From contig CAVNZM010000015.1 of the NCBI GenBank assembly GCA_963693365.1, positions 4,967,502 to 5,031,501 on the forward strand: 64,000 bases of DNA, given 5' to 3'. Shown here in pieces: positions 44,950 through 58,505 of this stretch. The DNA is from Amoebidium appalachense (Eukaryota > Protista > Ichthyosporea). The translations under genes were made by a program, and so were the position numbers. Numbering within the stretch: position 1 is the first letter of the stretch; each line of letters starts with the position of its first letter. The notes beneath the pieces are model-generated. The model saw nothing but the letters and a program-made list of their open reading frames with translations, was not told the origin of the DNA and ran no database searches.

Positions 44950-47540
44950 ATGGAAAACGGCACGCTTGAAGAATGGGGACCAGACCAGGCTGCTGACCCG
45001 GCCGACACACTGCAGCAGGCTCTCTCTGTGTTCCAGGAGCAACCCTTGCCTCTGGACGTGGATACAAAAACACTAAATCTGTGAGTGAAAGGGTTTTGGG
45101 TTGGTTTTTTATTGTGGAAGATAAGATTTGTAGTTTGGTTTGGGGTGTTGTTGGGTGTGTAGGTGGTGGTGGTGGTGGTGGGGGGGGGGGGAGGGGACAG
45201 CAAGGGGTGGGGGGGGTGGGGAGGGGGAAGGGAAGGTTTGGGCGGGGGGGGGGGGGGGGGGGGGGGGGTCACAGCCAAATGCGGTGGGTGTGTGCGTACG
45301 ACTCTTGTGTTTCCAGGTGTTTGTAGCCAAACTCTGTTACTCGTTTTTGATGGTGAGACTCTTGGGTTCTGCCAAGCAGGATGGTTGGATCTCACAAGGA
45401 AGTGGTAGATCCTGCAAAGGAAGTACTCCGTGCGTACTTGGATCTGGTTTTTTTTTGTCTATATTCAGGCGAGTGGGTGGTTGGCTTAGAAGGGAGAGGT
45501 AAATGGATGGGGAACAAAGGGGAATGACATCGAGTGGCTAGAGGAAGAGCACTATATGTAAAGGGTATCAATTACAGGTCTTAGCCTCAACTGTGACAAC
45601 TTTCTGGATTGGGACATTTCCATGTTCTGATGATTACTGTCTAGGAGCACAGGTGCCCTTCCTGTTCTGGGCAGCCCCCTCAGAACAAGAAGAACCAGTC
45701 TTCCTTGGAAGCGCTCATACTTCCAGAAACTGCTGCTACGGAGTGTTGCTCTCACAACACAGCTACCCTCGAGCAATGAGGCGGACGAGGAGGTGGGGGA
45801 GAAGGAGGTTATGTTGAGGATGCTGGAGGCTGAGATGGTAGGTGCACGTGCAAGGATGTGCTGTTTAGGGTGGTTTTTTTTTTTTGTGTGTGTGTGTTTG
45901 GAAGGGGGGGTGGGGGGGGGGGGAGGGGAGGGGGGGATGGAGGAAGGGGCGTACGGGGGGGGGCTCGTTGTGTGAAAGGGTTACGTGCGGTGTGCGCATG
46001 CGTTTGATTGGAAGACAAAGGCGGTGGAAGAGGGAGGTGTGTCCTATGTGTGTGTGGGGGAGGGGGATGGAGGAAGCAAAGAAGGGGACGTCGTGTGTGT
46101 GTGTGTGTGTTTGTGTGTGTGGGGGGAGGGGGGGAGGGGGAGGTGGGGGAGGCATGATCTAAATGGACTGGGTTATGTGGTGACACATTTGCCCTTTCAG
46201 CGCATGGAAGAACACGAGGAGATTCTGGAGGCAGAGCAGCAGCGCATGGCACTATACATCGAGCAGCAGCGACAGGTGTGTGTTCATATCTCTCATCTCC
46301 AGGAATATAATAATATTAATGGCTCACGTCGAAAATGTATTGCTGTGTGTGCTTGTGGAGGGGTCGGTGTTTCTTTTTGGGCTGTTTTGAGGATGTTTGG
46401 GTGGTTTGTCTGGCTTGTGAGCTCTTCAATGATATATTGCTCGATAGGCAGGAAAGCTAGGGAGGGGGAGCGGGGGGGGGAGGGGGGGGGGGGGGGGGGG
46501 GAGGGGGAGGGAGGGAGGTTCATGGATGCGTCCGTGCGTACACGTAGGGGGCCCCCCGGCAGATTCGGCCTTCTTCCACAACCGGGCCTTTTGGTTGGCT
46601 GGCGCGGGGCCGGGGTTACGTAAGCGTGTGTGCTGTGTGTGCCTGTGCATGTTCACTTCTATGTGTCGCTTTTATGTCCTGCAGCAGACACGCAGACTCC
46701 TACTTGTGCTATATGGTACTTCTCTCTAGACCACATGCTGCCCCCTTCTCCCCCCCCCCCCCCCCTCCCTCCCCCTCCCCCCTCCCCCCTCCCACACACA
46801 CACCCCATCCCTATCCTGGCTTTTACCCTTCTGTGGTTCATGCTGGTTAGGGTTGGACAACTTTGTGATATTAGCAGTGCAACTGCGATGCTAAGCACTG
46901 GTAGGCTTTCCTTATTCAGCTACCACACGGCCAAATAAGGAAGACGTGCTTAAAGCATGGGCCATGTTTAATACTATTGGGCCTGTACCCATATGGGGTT
47001 GCAATGTTTGGGTTCACAGGTACGTGTACTATGGCATGCAAAGCATGGCTTGGAAGGGGCCAATGGCGTGGCTTGGATTGCGGGCACTTGTTGCTGATTG
47101 GGTTAAGCAGATATATGTACATACATATATACACATACATACATACATACATACATATATGTATATATATAGTAATTGGTGTGTAATGGTCACGAGACTT
47201 GTAGGGTATCCAAGGAGACAAGGAGCCAATAGTGTTTTTTGTGGGCCAGTATGACCAAATATTGAAATATGGTAAGTAAGAAACGATTCTGATTGGTGGT
47301 TGCAGCTGCTGAAAATGAAGCTGGAAGCAGCGGACCGGCAGCTTGAACAGGAGGAGGCTGAGATCAGAGAGCAGGAGAGGATCCTGGAGATCACCATGAA
47401 GGAGGTGTGTGTGTGTGTGTGTGTGGTTTGGGGGGGGGGGGGGGGGGGGGGGGATGGATGGGGAGAGGAGGAGGGGTATGATAGAATGGAGGGGGAGGAG
47501 GGGAGGGAAGGTTGGGGGGTGGGGGGTGGGAAGGAAAGGG

Positions 47541-47574
<34 letters not shown>

Positions 47575-48508
47575 TGGATGGGTGTTGGGTGTGGGCATGT
47601 ATGGATGTGTGTGTGCATACAGGTTGTTTTTTTTTTTTTTTTTTTTTTTTTTAGGAGCGAAAGGAATGGGGGGAATGGGAAGAGGGGGGGGGGATACGAG
47701 GTGGTCGGTATGGCTCGAATAGTTAGTAGAATCGTAGACCCAACCTAACTGGTTTGCTTGGGCCACGTTTTGTATGTGCAACTCGGCGGCGGCGGTGGCG
47801 GGGAGAGGGGGGGGGGGGGGGGGCTTGGTCTCCTGTTTTGTTTCACGCTGGGCGCCGAGGGAAGAGGGGTTTTTGTGTATAAAATCTGACAAAGAGTTAC
47901 AGGCTCGTGTTTCTATAAGATGCTCATGTTACTATAATATGCTTAAGTTGCTATAGAATGCTTATGTTGATTTAAACAACTTGCGTTGCTATCAAATGTG
48001 TATTTTGCTATAGAATGCTTATGTTGCTATAGAATGCTGCCATGGAAGGAAGAGAGGATTTAAGGGACATTTAATAGAATATGGGAATGAATTTGGAAAG
48101 AGAAAAGTTACTGCCTTGGAAGGGAAGCATCTGTGCATGTAGGGGGGGGGGGAGAGAGAGGTGCTGATTGTTGTTTGCAGAGGGAGGAACACCCAGAGCT
48201 GGAGCTGGACTACCTGGCCAGCCAGATGAATGGTAACCCCCCCCCCCCCCCCTCCCCCCCCCTCAAGACGGGTTGACCCACCCAAGTTCAGTTGATGCTG
48301 CTGTCTGAGTTGGAGCGTCGTATATACGCGGGCTCGGGGGTCGAAACTCAGACGCAATTGATGACTTGGGCCCTCCCTGAGGATGGGATCTGCTTATGAC
48401 GCATACTGTGCGCATGGCTGATGTTGCATACTTGAATGTTTGCCTTTGCATGTGTCCTGCACCATGCTTCTCATCGTGTATGCGTACTTCGTACTGTGTT
48501 CCGCATTC

Positions 48509-48539
<31 letters not shown>

Positions 48540-48613
48540 GCCCGCCCCCTCGTCCTTATGCAGACACTTCTCACGGCTCTTGCTTAGGCTTAGGCTGTGT
48601 GCACGCATAAAGA

Positions 48614-48649
<36 letters not shown>

Positions 48650-48682
48650 AAAAAAACACACACACACACACACACTCATACT

Positions 48683-48714
<32 letters not shown>

Positions 48715-49029
48715 GGTGGGGGGGAGGGGGAGGGGGGGGGGGGGGAGGGAGGGGGAAGGCGGGAGGAAAGAAAGAAACAACGAAAGAAAAGGGCAGATGT
48801 GTGATCTTCCTTGTAACCTTTCTTTCCGCCTGCAGCCACCCCCGAGGATGATGAATGGACGCGCAAGATGAGAGAAGACGGTGGGCTCGAGCTGCGAAAG
48901 AAGAACGAATCCAAGCTGATCGCATACACCGCCCTACCCCCTCCCCTCTCCGTAAATGCATTTTTCCGGTCACCAAGCCCCCCCCAATTTGCAGCTAATG
49001 GACCCCCCCTCGTCATCGAGTTCCAATAA
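44950..49029 (+). CDS. Glu-rich coiled-coil protein of unknown function, about 247 aa, 6 exons
   Basis: Exons 44950-45080, 45645-45837, 46201-46275, 47306-47404, 48181-48232 and 48836-49029 join in frame through GT-AG introns, for example RMEEHEEILEAEQQRMALYIEQQRQ and LLKMKLEAADRQLEQEEAEIREQ. The gene is divergent from the PPR gene. Confidence 0.75.
48263..48510 (+). ncRNA. 5'-truncated copy (C) of the structured element, in an intron of the coiled-coil gene
   Basis: Reverse complement of copies A and B with few substitutions, and bounded by poly-C at both ends. Confidence 0.75.
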
Positions 49030-49189
49030 GTCCACTGCAGCTACTTCGGAGACAGAGCCGTGAAATGGGGATGTGAGGGGTGGGGCAATGCATGGGGGGA
49101 TGTGATAAATTTGCGTGTTTCTGTGCTTGTTTTTAGTTTTTGGTGTGCGTATTGGTTTTGAGGGGTTGTGTGGTAGTGGTGGTGGTGTT

Positions 49190-49247
<58 letters not shown>

Positions 49248-49481
49248 CTCTGATCTCTATCTATATCTCTGTCTACATCTATTTCTCTGCCTCAGTGTGT
49301 GTGTGCGTGTGTGTAAGGTTTTCTTTTTGGTGGTGGTGGTGGTGGTGGTGGTGGTGGGGCGGGGGGCTGCTTTATCTTTTTTCTTTCCTTGTTTGAAGCT
49401 GTATGAGGTAGCTTATGTGTGTGTGTGTGGAAGGGGGAGGCAGGGCTGGCCCCCCTTTTTTTTTGGTGGTGGTGGTGGTGT

Positions 49482-49516
<35 letters not shown>

Positions 49517-50408
49517 GGGGAAGGGGAAGGGGGGGGGGGGGGGGGGGGGGGGATGTGGAATGAATGCATGAATGCTTGTTGCAATGCGAATGTACCATAA
49601 TCTTGATAATTGATGTATAGGACAATAATAGTGGTAAGGTTTGATGTAATCTGAGAATGCAGGTGGTTTGTAAACAATCATCTACACATAATGTAATGTA
49701 ATGGAAAATATGATACAACTGGGTGGTTTAGGAAGACAAAAACACCTCGTCAGTTAATACATATACAACCACGGAAAAAGGTAGGAAAATGCATGCAAAC
49801 TAAAGCTCAAATAAATCCAAGCTGGTCTTGGGTTGAAAGCAAATATTAAATGTCGATGTATACGCTCGTATGGGTGGGTGGGCGGCGCCCGTGCACATGG
49901 GTGCGTGAGTGGGCGCCACATATGCGTGCGACATAGTGGTGGTTGTACCAGTGGTATGTGGGGTTCACATAAGATTCACATTATAAGAAGAAGTCTCAGT
50001 GAGTCAGAGTCGAAGGTGCATCCGGATCTTATGATTGATGCATGCATGCTAGACGGGGGAGGGGGGGACCGGATAGATGTTTTATCTTTGTGTTTAGCTT
50101 TTGTGTTGTGTGCGCAGTGGCTCGTGCTAGGGATACACCCACAACAACGAACTGTGAAAGGGACAGAAAGGCATGAGCTAGAATGTTTCTTTTTCTTTTT
50201 TTTTCCTTTTTCTTTTTTTTTTCTTTTTTTCTTTTTTGTGTTGTGTGCACGTGTGTGTGTGTGTGTGCGTTGATATGGGGGAGGGGGGGGGGGGGGGGGG
50301 GGGGGGGGGAGGGGGTGATGTATGCGTTAGAGGTTTGGACATAGGAGGGGATAACAAAGAGCAACAGCAAAAACGTCACAAAAATGAGAAGCGTGCAGGC
50401 AGAAGAAA

Positions 50409-50580
50409 CTTGAACAGAGCCCATCATCAGGGGGCTTCCTATGCCTCCACAAATGCATGGATTTCGAGTCTTTAACCTCTCGCGTGTGGTTCCCAACCCA
50501 TACTTCGTTTCAACAGCAATAGCTATAGGCGAGTCCACCCGTCTTGGCCAAAAAAAAAAAGACGAGCAGGGTTGTTCAAG
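50409..50580 (-). ncRNA. Highly divergent copy (E) of the structured element, downstream of the Sho1-like gene
   Basis: The terminal stem is replaced by CUUGAACA/UGUUCAAG. It keeps ACCCUGCUCGUCU..AAGACGGGU, GUUGGG, UCGAAA and CCCUGAUGAUGGGCUC. Confidence 0.7.
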
Positions 50581-50612
50581 CAGCAATCAGCGGGTGGCTT
50601 GAGGGGGGGGAA

Positions 50613-50665
<53 letters not shown>

Positions 50666-51286
50666 ATTGGCTAGAAACAGGACACCGTCGACATGGAAGT
50701 ATTTCATCGATTTATTTCATCTAAAAAAATTTATACAAGGTATCAGTTACATATTGATAACCAAATCAAGAGCACAATTGCAAGACAGACGAATCAGTGA
50801 ATTTTACAGTTGCCCAAGTTGCAACTTAATCGACAAAATTACCGGCTACATGCGCTCAGTCACTCCTTGAGCAAAAATAATGGGATAAATCGTCCACTAA
50901 AAAGAGACAAGAAAATCCAGTATCAAGTTCACACAAGTGCTATCGCCGGCTTGTGTCTGACTGGTTGACAAAAAAACAGCATGTGGCATGTACGCTTTCT
51001 ACATACTGCCAGAAATACGCTATCATCTGATGCCGTCAAAACTCCTCCGTCGTTTCTAAAACAAGACATCGTGTCAACGATGCACTCATCTGAAGCGCTA
51101 GGGTCTGGTTGTGAAATGGTATGTCCGTGAGCCTATGGGTTTGCAGGTGCCACGTGTGTGTGTATGTGTGTGTATGGTATGCGCCTAGTGCACAACGTGT
51201 GTGAGTGTACTGACCCATGATGACCACGAATATTCAATAGTATACATCGGAGTCCGTTGTTATGTGTGTGGTGGTGTGCATGTGCC

Positions 51287-51651
51287 CTACATGCCGATGG
51301 CGGCAAAGAGCACCACGTTGACCAGAGCAGACAGAATGCCCCCAGCAGCCACACAGTTGTATGAGCTGTTGAGCTTGTCGCTACGCCTGCAGAGGGGCAC
51401 AGCAAAGGTCAGTTTCTGGCCCGTTTTACGGCTATGGACTAATGGAGGAAAAAGAAACCTGCATCATACGGTATACAAGCATAACTGTTGGGTGCTCAAA
51501 CCGTGTAACACACAGCCTAAATACATGACGAGACTTCTTAGAGCGAGTGTCCTACAGAATTGTGGTAAAGGGCAAAGGTTGAATCTGCAGCCACGGTTAT
51601 CGATTATACTTCAACGCACTGGACACCTCATCTGCAAAAACTGCGCCGAAT

Positions 51652-51684
<33 letters not shown>

Positions 51685-51706
51685 ATCTGACGAAAACTGT
51701 GCCTAA

Positions 51707-51742
<36 letters not shown>

Positions 51743-52285
51743 TGAATGCGGAACACAGTACGAAGTACGCATACACGATGAGAAGCATGGTGCAGGACAC
51801 ATGCAAAGGCAAACATTCAAGTATGCAACATCAGCCATGCGCACAGTATGCGTCATAAGCAGAGCCCATCCTCAGGGAGGGCCCAAGTCATCAATTGCGT
51901 CTGAGTTTCGACCCCTTAGCCCGCGCATATACAACGCTCCAACTCAGACAGCAGCATCAACTGAACTTGGGTGGGTCAACCCGTCTTGATCAAAGACGAG
52001 CAGGGTTGCTTATGCAAGCAAGGTGAGCAAAACGGTGAAGATGTGTGCAAACTAATGCAGTGCAGCGAAAAACGCGTATGTGCTTACCGGGGGGGGGGGG
52101 GGGGGGGGGGGAAGGCCCGGGCGGTGTGGGGGGGGGGGAGGGGGGGGAGGAAGGGGGAGCCCCAGGAGGGAGAGGAAGGAATACGGGGAGGGGAGGGGGG
52201 GGGATGTCTTATAAAGTATGAAGTACCCACTCACAACGGGCAACGGGACAAGATTCTGCAGAGTAACACATACACACAAGGGGAG

Positions 52286-52319
<34 letters not shown>

Positions 52320-53497
52320 GGGAAAGGGGGGAACATACGTATCGTTGCTGTCGAGGGCATCGTTGATGACCGAGGTCAGCAGAACCAGGTTGTAGAGCCA
52401 GGCCACAAGCAGTAGCAGCTTGGCATCGTGCACACGGCCCATCACAGACACACCGGCATGGGCAAGGAGGAGGAAGAACAGGTACCACACGCTGCAAGGG
52501 GAACAATGGGTGAGAAGGACAGCAAAATCTGATGGGGGGGGAGAGAGCTAGCGGTTGAGCGCGTGTCGGTGTGTGGTATGAATAATCAAGGAGAAGAGGT
52601 TTATTGTGGTGGGCCGGATGAAGAGGAGGAAAAGGGTATGCCAGATGGAGGACAGTGGTGATGGTTGAATGAACGTGTGTGTGTGTAGGCATGTAGGTAT
52701 GGGGTAGAAACACAGACCATCCAGCAGAGGGGGAGGGGAAGAGGGGGGTGGGGGCTGGAAGCATAAAGGGCGGAACGAAAAGGATGAAAGTGTAAAAACG
52801 AAAAAGAGAAAGTCAGTGACTGTCTAGGTGAGCACCACGGGGTGAAGAGGGCCCGGGAGAGGGGGAGGGGGGGGGGGGGGGGGGGGGTGAGGGGGGGTGA
52901 GGGGGGGGGGGGAGGGGGAATCGGAGGTGGGGGTTTTCATAAACACACAAACAACAACGTTGCCAAACACTCACCTCCACCACGTGTAGCGCAGCACCTT
53001 GTAGCTTTTCCCCCCATTATCATCAATGGTTGCAGCCGCCGAGGCAACGCCAGCCATGTATATGATCCAGCACACCAGACCAGCACCAACCAAACCAAGG
53101 TGAAGTATTTTGTTGCTGGGCAGAAGAGAACCGCTGGATGTTGGCTGCGAGGTTTGTGCCTCGGCCTCACCACTGGCCTTCACGGGGTAGGTGCTCTGCA
53201 ATAGAGGAAAAAAGTTTAGAAAACCTGAGCAGGAGTGTGGGGTTGGGAAAGTGGATGAGCACATGACGCCATGCATGCGCACAGTCCACGGCTCCTGATT
53301 CTCCTGATGTTAACGATGCATGGGGGAGATGATGAGAAATGCAGATTGCAAAAGAGTATCATGAAGACTGCTGGAAAACTCAGCACGCATGTATAACCCT
53401 ACAAAGATGATATTTCACGTTAGCAGCCATCCTGCAAAAGCAACCATTGTAAAGTTTTGAGTGTTCTTACCTGCTGGTTGTCCGGGCTGACCTCCAT
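51287..53497 (-). CDS. Four-TM membrane protein, 166 aa, resembling the Sho1 transmembrane region but without an SH3 domain; 4 exons
   Basis: Exons 53497-53471, 53195-52975, 52491-52339 and 51386-51287 join in frame. Four hydrophobic segments carry CWIIYMAG, YTWWSVWY, LTSVIN and VAAGGILSALVN. The similarity to Sho1 was judged by eye. Confidence 0.75.
51741..52087 (-). ncRNA. Copy B of the structured element (core 51854-52014), in intron 3 of the tetraspan gene
   Basis: Near-identical to copy A and flanked by poly-G on both sides. Confidence 0.75.
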
Positions 53498-54743
53498 CTT
53501 GATGTGTTACAGCCAAAAAAACGCGTTTACAGATGGTGAATGGCGGAATACTTCTTATGTCGGGGAAATAGACAGACTGCTGTTAAAGTCTATATGTCGC
53601 TTGATAACTGAAAAAACCAACCTTTTCACCTTTCTTATAATAGACAAGTGATATGGGAAAGAATATGTTTAGAATGAGAGGGAAACTACAAGAACGCGCC
53701 TATTATACCGTTGGGTGGCACTGGTAAAGATCCGATTGGCTATCTCGAAAGTCACGTGAGGCTCACGAATTTCTTCCACGGGATTCGAAAAGATCTGTTA
53801 AAAACATAAGAGTTTACTAACACATAAAGTGCTAGAAATGGGCTTAAATGTGTGTATATCTAATAAATATGTTGCCAAAGATCTTTCTTTCTGTATAATG
53901 TTGTGCTTTTGCGAAGTTTCATAAACGACATTTATCAGTATCGTGACGCATGGCTACGCAATAAAAATCTGGCAATTCCGATTGGTGGAATAATAGATAA
54001 CGAGCTGCGACATCGAAATGTGATGGGAATATGAATTTGAACACGGATGAAAGTCGGATGGGGGAGGGATGGTCACAGCTTTCGTTGACAAGAAATAAGT
54101 TTTGGACAAGGAAAAGACTGAGGACGCCAGGTCCCGGAAGCCCCATTTACATCGTGATGTTTATTGATCTGGGGGGCTTCCGTGTCTGGGGTGACTCGAT
54201 GTATATCTACGTCACAGAGCAGCTCTAGTTCGTATTTGATTGGTTGCTATTATCAGCTGAAGATTGCTGACGTCCGGGACCGTCACTCTGTGTTTGCAAA
54301 CTAATAGAACACTGTTCAACGAGTATTCGGGCCTATATAAAAAGGGGAAACATACCCTTCCAGTGGCACACAAATCTTTGCAGACTAACACTGTTCGAAT
54401 TCATTCAGTGTTCATTCTTGATTGAGTGAAGGTCGGAACTTCTACGTTACTACATATATATAATCGATGCGGGCCATAAATGGAGGACCAAGTGCCGCAG
54501 CTTGATACGAAGGACAGTGCCATAAAGTGCTACTACACTTCGGCCTAATAATTCATTCAACTTCTCCTTAAGCTCAGGTATTTAAATAGTATTTAAATAG
54601 TTGAATTTGGCGAGGGACTTTGAGCCCGCGGGCGCTAATCGCGCGGCCCGCCAGTTTCAGCCCGACCCGACCCGGCGCACGGCGGCCCGCCAGGCACGCG
54701 CGCGCCCTGGCCGGCCGGCCGGGCCGGGGCCAGGGGGTCTGGG

Positions 54744-55784
54744 CACGGCCCTCTGAAAAAAAGACGGCCTGGATATATTACGTCATAAAATCGCATTCCA
54801 TTGTGCTCGTGGTATTTCGATCCACTGGATTCCGGCCCTAAACGAGAAGCCAGCACAGAACATGCTATGTTGTTGTTTTTCGTTTACGTCTCGCTTTTTT
54901 TGGTTCAGTGACGGAGACATCGGTAACATGGCTGACGGCGGGACTGGCCCTATGGAGGGAGCTGCTCCTCCCGCGCCTGGAATGGATAAGAAGAGGAGTA
55001 ACGGTCTGCGTAGCAACAAAGTCGGTAACATATGCAGTGTTCCAGGCTGCAGAGGCAACTACGACGATCAAAACGAGGTTTTCGTTTACAAATTCCCCAA
55101 CCCAAACGACGGGCGCATTAAAAGCGAGACACTACGCGAAGAAACACGGAACCTTCACAGTGCGTGGCTACGTGCTGTGCCGAGGCAGTGGCCTGAGAAC
55201 TTCGACCCGCAGTGGGTTCACTTTTGTGTGGGAGATCAACGGTCAAAAAATCGTTCTCTCATTCGAGGGGGGGACGGCATGTTTTCGGCATATGCAGACT
55301 ATCTACGAGTCTGAACGCGGGCAGGCACTCAAGGAGGCCTTCAAACTCACACCCGCCGTTCTCTGGCCCAACAACTTCTACAAGCAGAAGGTGGGGCCAG
55401 CTTTGGCTGTGTTCCACGAGTCCACCATTGCTGCGCTCGACAACCACGTGGTCGATGAACCCCTGTTTAAGTTCACCTCAAACTTCCTAAAACAAATCGC
55501 ACGGTGGTGGAAGCTTATGAACATCGGTATCACCACGTATGCGGCGCGCAAAATGAACCCATGGTGTGCTGCATTCACCAGCAGCAGTGACTAGCGGCTG
55601 ATTTGGCTGGAGAATTTCGCTGAGTGGGTGGTGAGCATGCCCACTGGTGAGCATGCCCACTGGCGAGGGGGGTTTTACGGAGGAAACGCAGTGGTCGCTG
55701 GCATTTACGAGCAAGACAATGGTACCCCCCCCCCCCCCCCCCCCTCAAAATCCCCTCCAATGTCCTCATGCCGCTCCCCCTCAC

Positions 55785-55815
<31 letters not shown>

Positions 55816-56252
55816 AAAAAAAAAAAGGGCAGAAAGGAGGATGAAAAACACACCGAAATTCCAAAAATCCCCTCCGGTGTGCCCTCTTCCCAGCCCTCGT
55901 GCACTAAACAACACAGCCTCCCCCCCCCCCCCCCCCCCCCCCCATTCTCTCTCCACCATGGTCGCGCCATAGCACCGCCACATCCCCCTTCGTACACGAA
56001 ACAACAGAATAAACCGAAAATTTCAATCTTGAACCCCCCTCCATACCCCCCCCCCCCCCCCCCCCCCCCCCAAACACGTGAGACTTATTCATTTCTATTG
56101 CGTTGAGAAATAAGCAGCCCCCGCCCACCCCCCCACCCCCTTCTTCCCCCTCTCCTTGACTGGATAGATAAACACCCCCCTCACCCCCTCCCCCCCCCCC
56201 CCAACACACGATGTCACATGAGGAGTCGACCGGCATAAAGTGTGTGTCACTG

Positions 56253-56311
<59 letters not shown>

Positions 56312-57205
56312 TGTGTGTCTCTGTGTGACACTGTGTGTGTGTGTGTGTGTGTGTGACACGTGTGTGTGTGTGTGCGCGCGCATCAGTGTGTTTGTGTGCG
56401 TGTCTGTGTCTGTGTGTGTGTGTGTCTGTGTCGGGATGGGTGGGTGGGTGGGGGGGGGGGGGGGGGGGGGGGGGCTTTTCCATATGGTTTTTCACATGCC
56501 AAGCGTAGTCAAATGTGGTGCCACACAGATTTTGCTGACTTTTTATTTGCAGGCCAGTTTCATCCGCTATCTCCTGGACAGCGGCATGAGCGGCGAGAAG
56601 CTCAACTTTGTACTCACCAGAAAGTTTCAAACCGACCCCCCTTGAGGGTGCTTTTGGCACAATCCGACAGTACAGCGGTGGCAACTACAACGTTGGGACA
56701 GCACAGGTGGGTACCTCCCCTCCTGGATCCCCCCCCCCCCCCCCCCCCCCCCTACCCTACTCAGCCACCCACCCACTGCCTGCCACAGTGAAACACAAGA
56801 GATACATCACTCACTCACGATTCATACAGCATTACAAAGAATAGAGACAGAACAGATATAGGATGATTTGGTGATTCACCTTAATTATGGGGTAGTGGTG
56901 TCATGACATGGTGGCCCCGGGGAATAAAATAATCAGCAGAAAAAAAGGGGGGGGGGGGGGGGAGGGGGGGGGGATAGCGAGAGAGGCAGGGACGGAAGAA
57001 GGGGTTGGACAGGAGGAGGGGAGGGGGAGGGGGGGGTATCAGGATAAAAGGAGTGTGGTGAAAAGAAAGGGTGCAAAGAAAACTGAACGAAAAATGAATT
57101 TAGGGGGGGGGGGGGGGGGGGGGGGTGTTGTTGAACTCAAACCACAAAAATGCACACACGCACACGCACACACACAGACACACAGACACACAGACACACA
57201 TACAC

Positions 57206-57237
<32 letters not shown>

Positions 57238-57250
57238 GAGACACACCGTA

Positions 57251-57286
<36 letters not shown>

Positions 57287-57983
57287 CACACACACACACA
57301 CACCCACACACCATACATACACAACCCCATGCAGATATACCTAAACCATGCTTGTGTACACACGAAGATATGCTATGATACACTGCTTGCGCGCCCGCAC
57401 CATAGTGTGTCATAAACTTTTATAGCCACGTGCCATTTATATATACACAAATCACACAATAAACTCACCTCTATGAACAGACTCTCCAGACCGTGAAAAG
57501 GATACGGGTGCAGAAGCTGGCAAAGCTGGCAGAGCAGACGGGCACAAGTGTAACACAGCTGTTCGACAACATGAACACGGCGCTCAACAGCAAACGCAAA
57601 ACGATCACCATCGAGACCATTCTCCCACTCTACAACAACACCATCTGGGGCCACGTCTATAAAATCAGAGAAGCAAGCAGAGCAAGCCGTCGACAAAACC
57701 AGCAAAGAAGAAAAAGGAGAGCAAAACAGAGGAAAAGGGAGGCGAAGGGAGGAAGAAGGGAAAGAAAGGTGAAAACAAAACAACCACGGCGGAACCACCT
57801 ACCGTCGAGTGGGAGATGGAGGGAAACGATGACGAGCTGGTGGCTGCACTGGAGGCAGCAGAGGCGGAGTACGATTGGATGGTAGAAGCGTATTTGGAGG
57901 AAGCAGAGCTCTAGCGGCTTTGTCAGTGTTTTTTTAACCCTTTCTTTTCTTTTTTTGCCAGTAGGTAGAGGTGTGAGGGTTTG

Positions 57984-58018
<35 letters not shown>

Positions 58019-58505
58019 CTACACAGTGTTTATTGGTTGGTGGTTAGTGTTGCAGGACGTAGACGTTCTAATACTTAACATACAGGTAGTATTATGTTAC
58101 CTAGTTACCTAGTGGATAGAAACACCTTTGAGAGAATATACGCAAAGATGAGTTCTAGTTTTGTTACGTAGATCTTTGCTCACGGCCGTGTTTGTGTAAA
58201 CGTGAACTACTCAATAGATATAACTATACTGAGACTCAGCTACACTATTATGTACACTATGTCAAAACTTTGTGCTATAGGGCTTTAGCATATTACTCTT
58301 AAGACAAAAAAACGCCCTAGAACATAGGAAGCACTTTATAAACTTTTGTCGTTTTTTTCTCTTCCGTTTTCCTTCATCTGCGCACATACATAGCTGTGAG
58401 TATCTAGTTTGCTAGTGAATCATGGCGAATCCAGTGGATCGAAATACCAATCTGCTCTTTTGACCCCGATCTGCAGCCAGGCCGTCTTTTTTTCAGAGGG
58501 CCGTG
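54744..58505 (+). mobile_element. P-element superfamily DNA transposon, internally deleted
   Basis: Perfect 29-bp TIRs (CACGGCCCTCTGAAAAAAAGACGGCCTGG), a 7-bp TSD (GTCTGGG) on both sides, a subterminal inverted 23-mer (TGGTATTTCGATCCACTGGATTC) and transposase remnants inside. Confidence 0.92.
54928..57914 (+). pseudogene. THAP-domain P-element-type transposase pseudogene with two spliceosomal introns
   Basis: THAP N-terminal half (CSVPGC...FP...WLRAV), insertion-domain motif KLT..L.P..F.KQKV..AL.VF...T.AAL...WW..MN and catalytic-Glu motif FVLTRKFQTDPLEGAFGTIRQYSGGNY. Lesions: deletion/frameshift near 55213, TAG at 55592, a 16-bp duplication at 55630-55661 and a +1 C near 56640. Confidence 0.88.

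Noticed and set aside
47920-48040. Short TTGCTATAGAATGCTTATG repeats and other small direct repeats (28016-28100, 60099-60142)
   Set aside because: Ordinary local slippage duplications with no further structure.
51201-51989. Repeated ORF peptide ECGTQYEVRIHDEKHG...ELGWVNPS (also near 31.8k and 48.3k)
   Set aside because: It is an antisense translation of the repeated element. The frame is not kept in the divergent copies, whose changes preserve base pairing instead.
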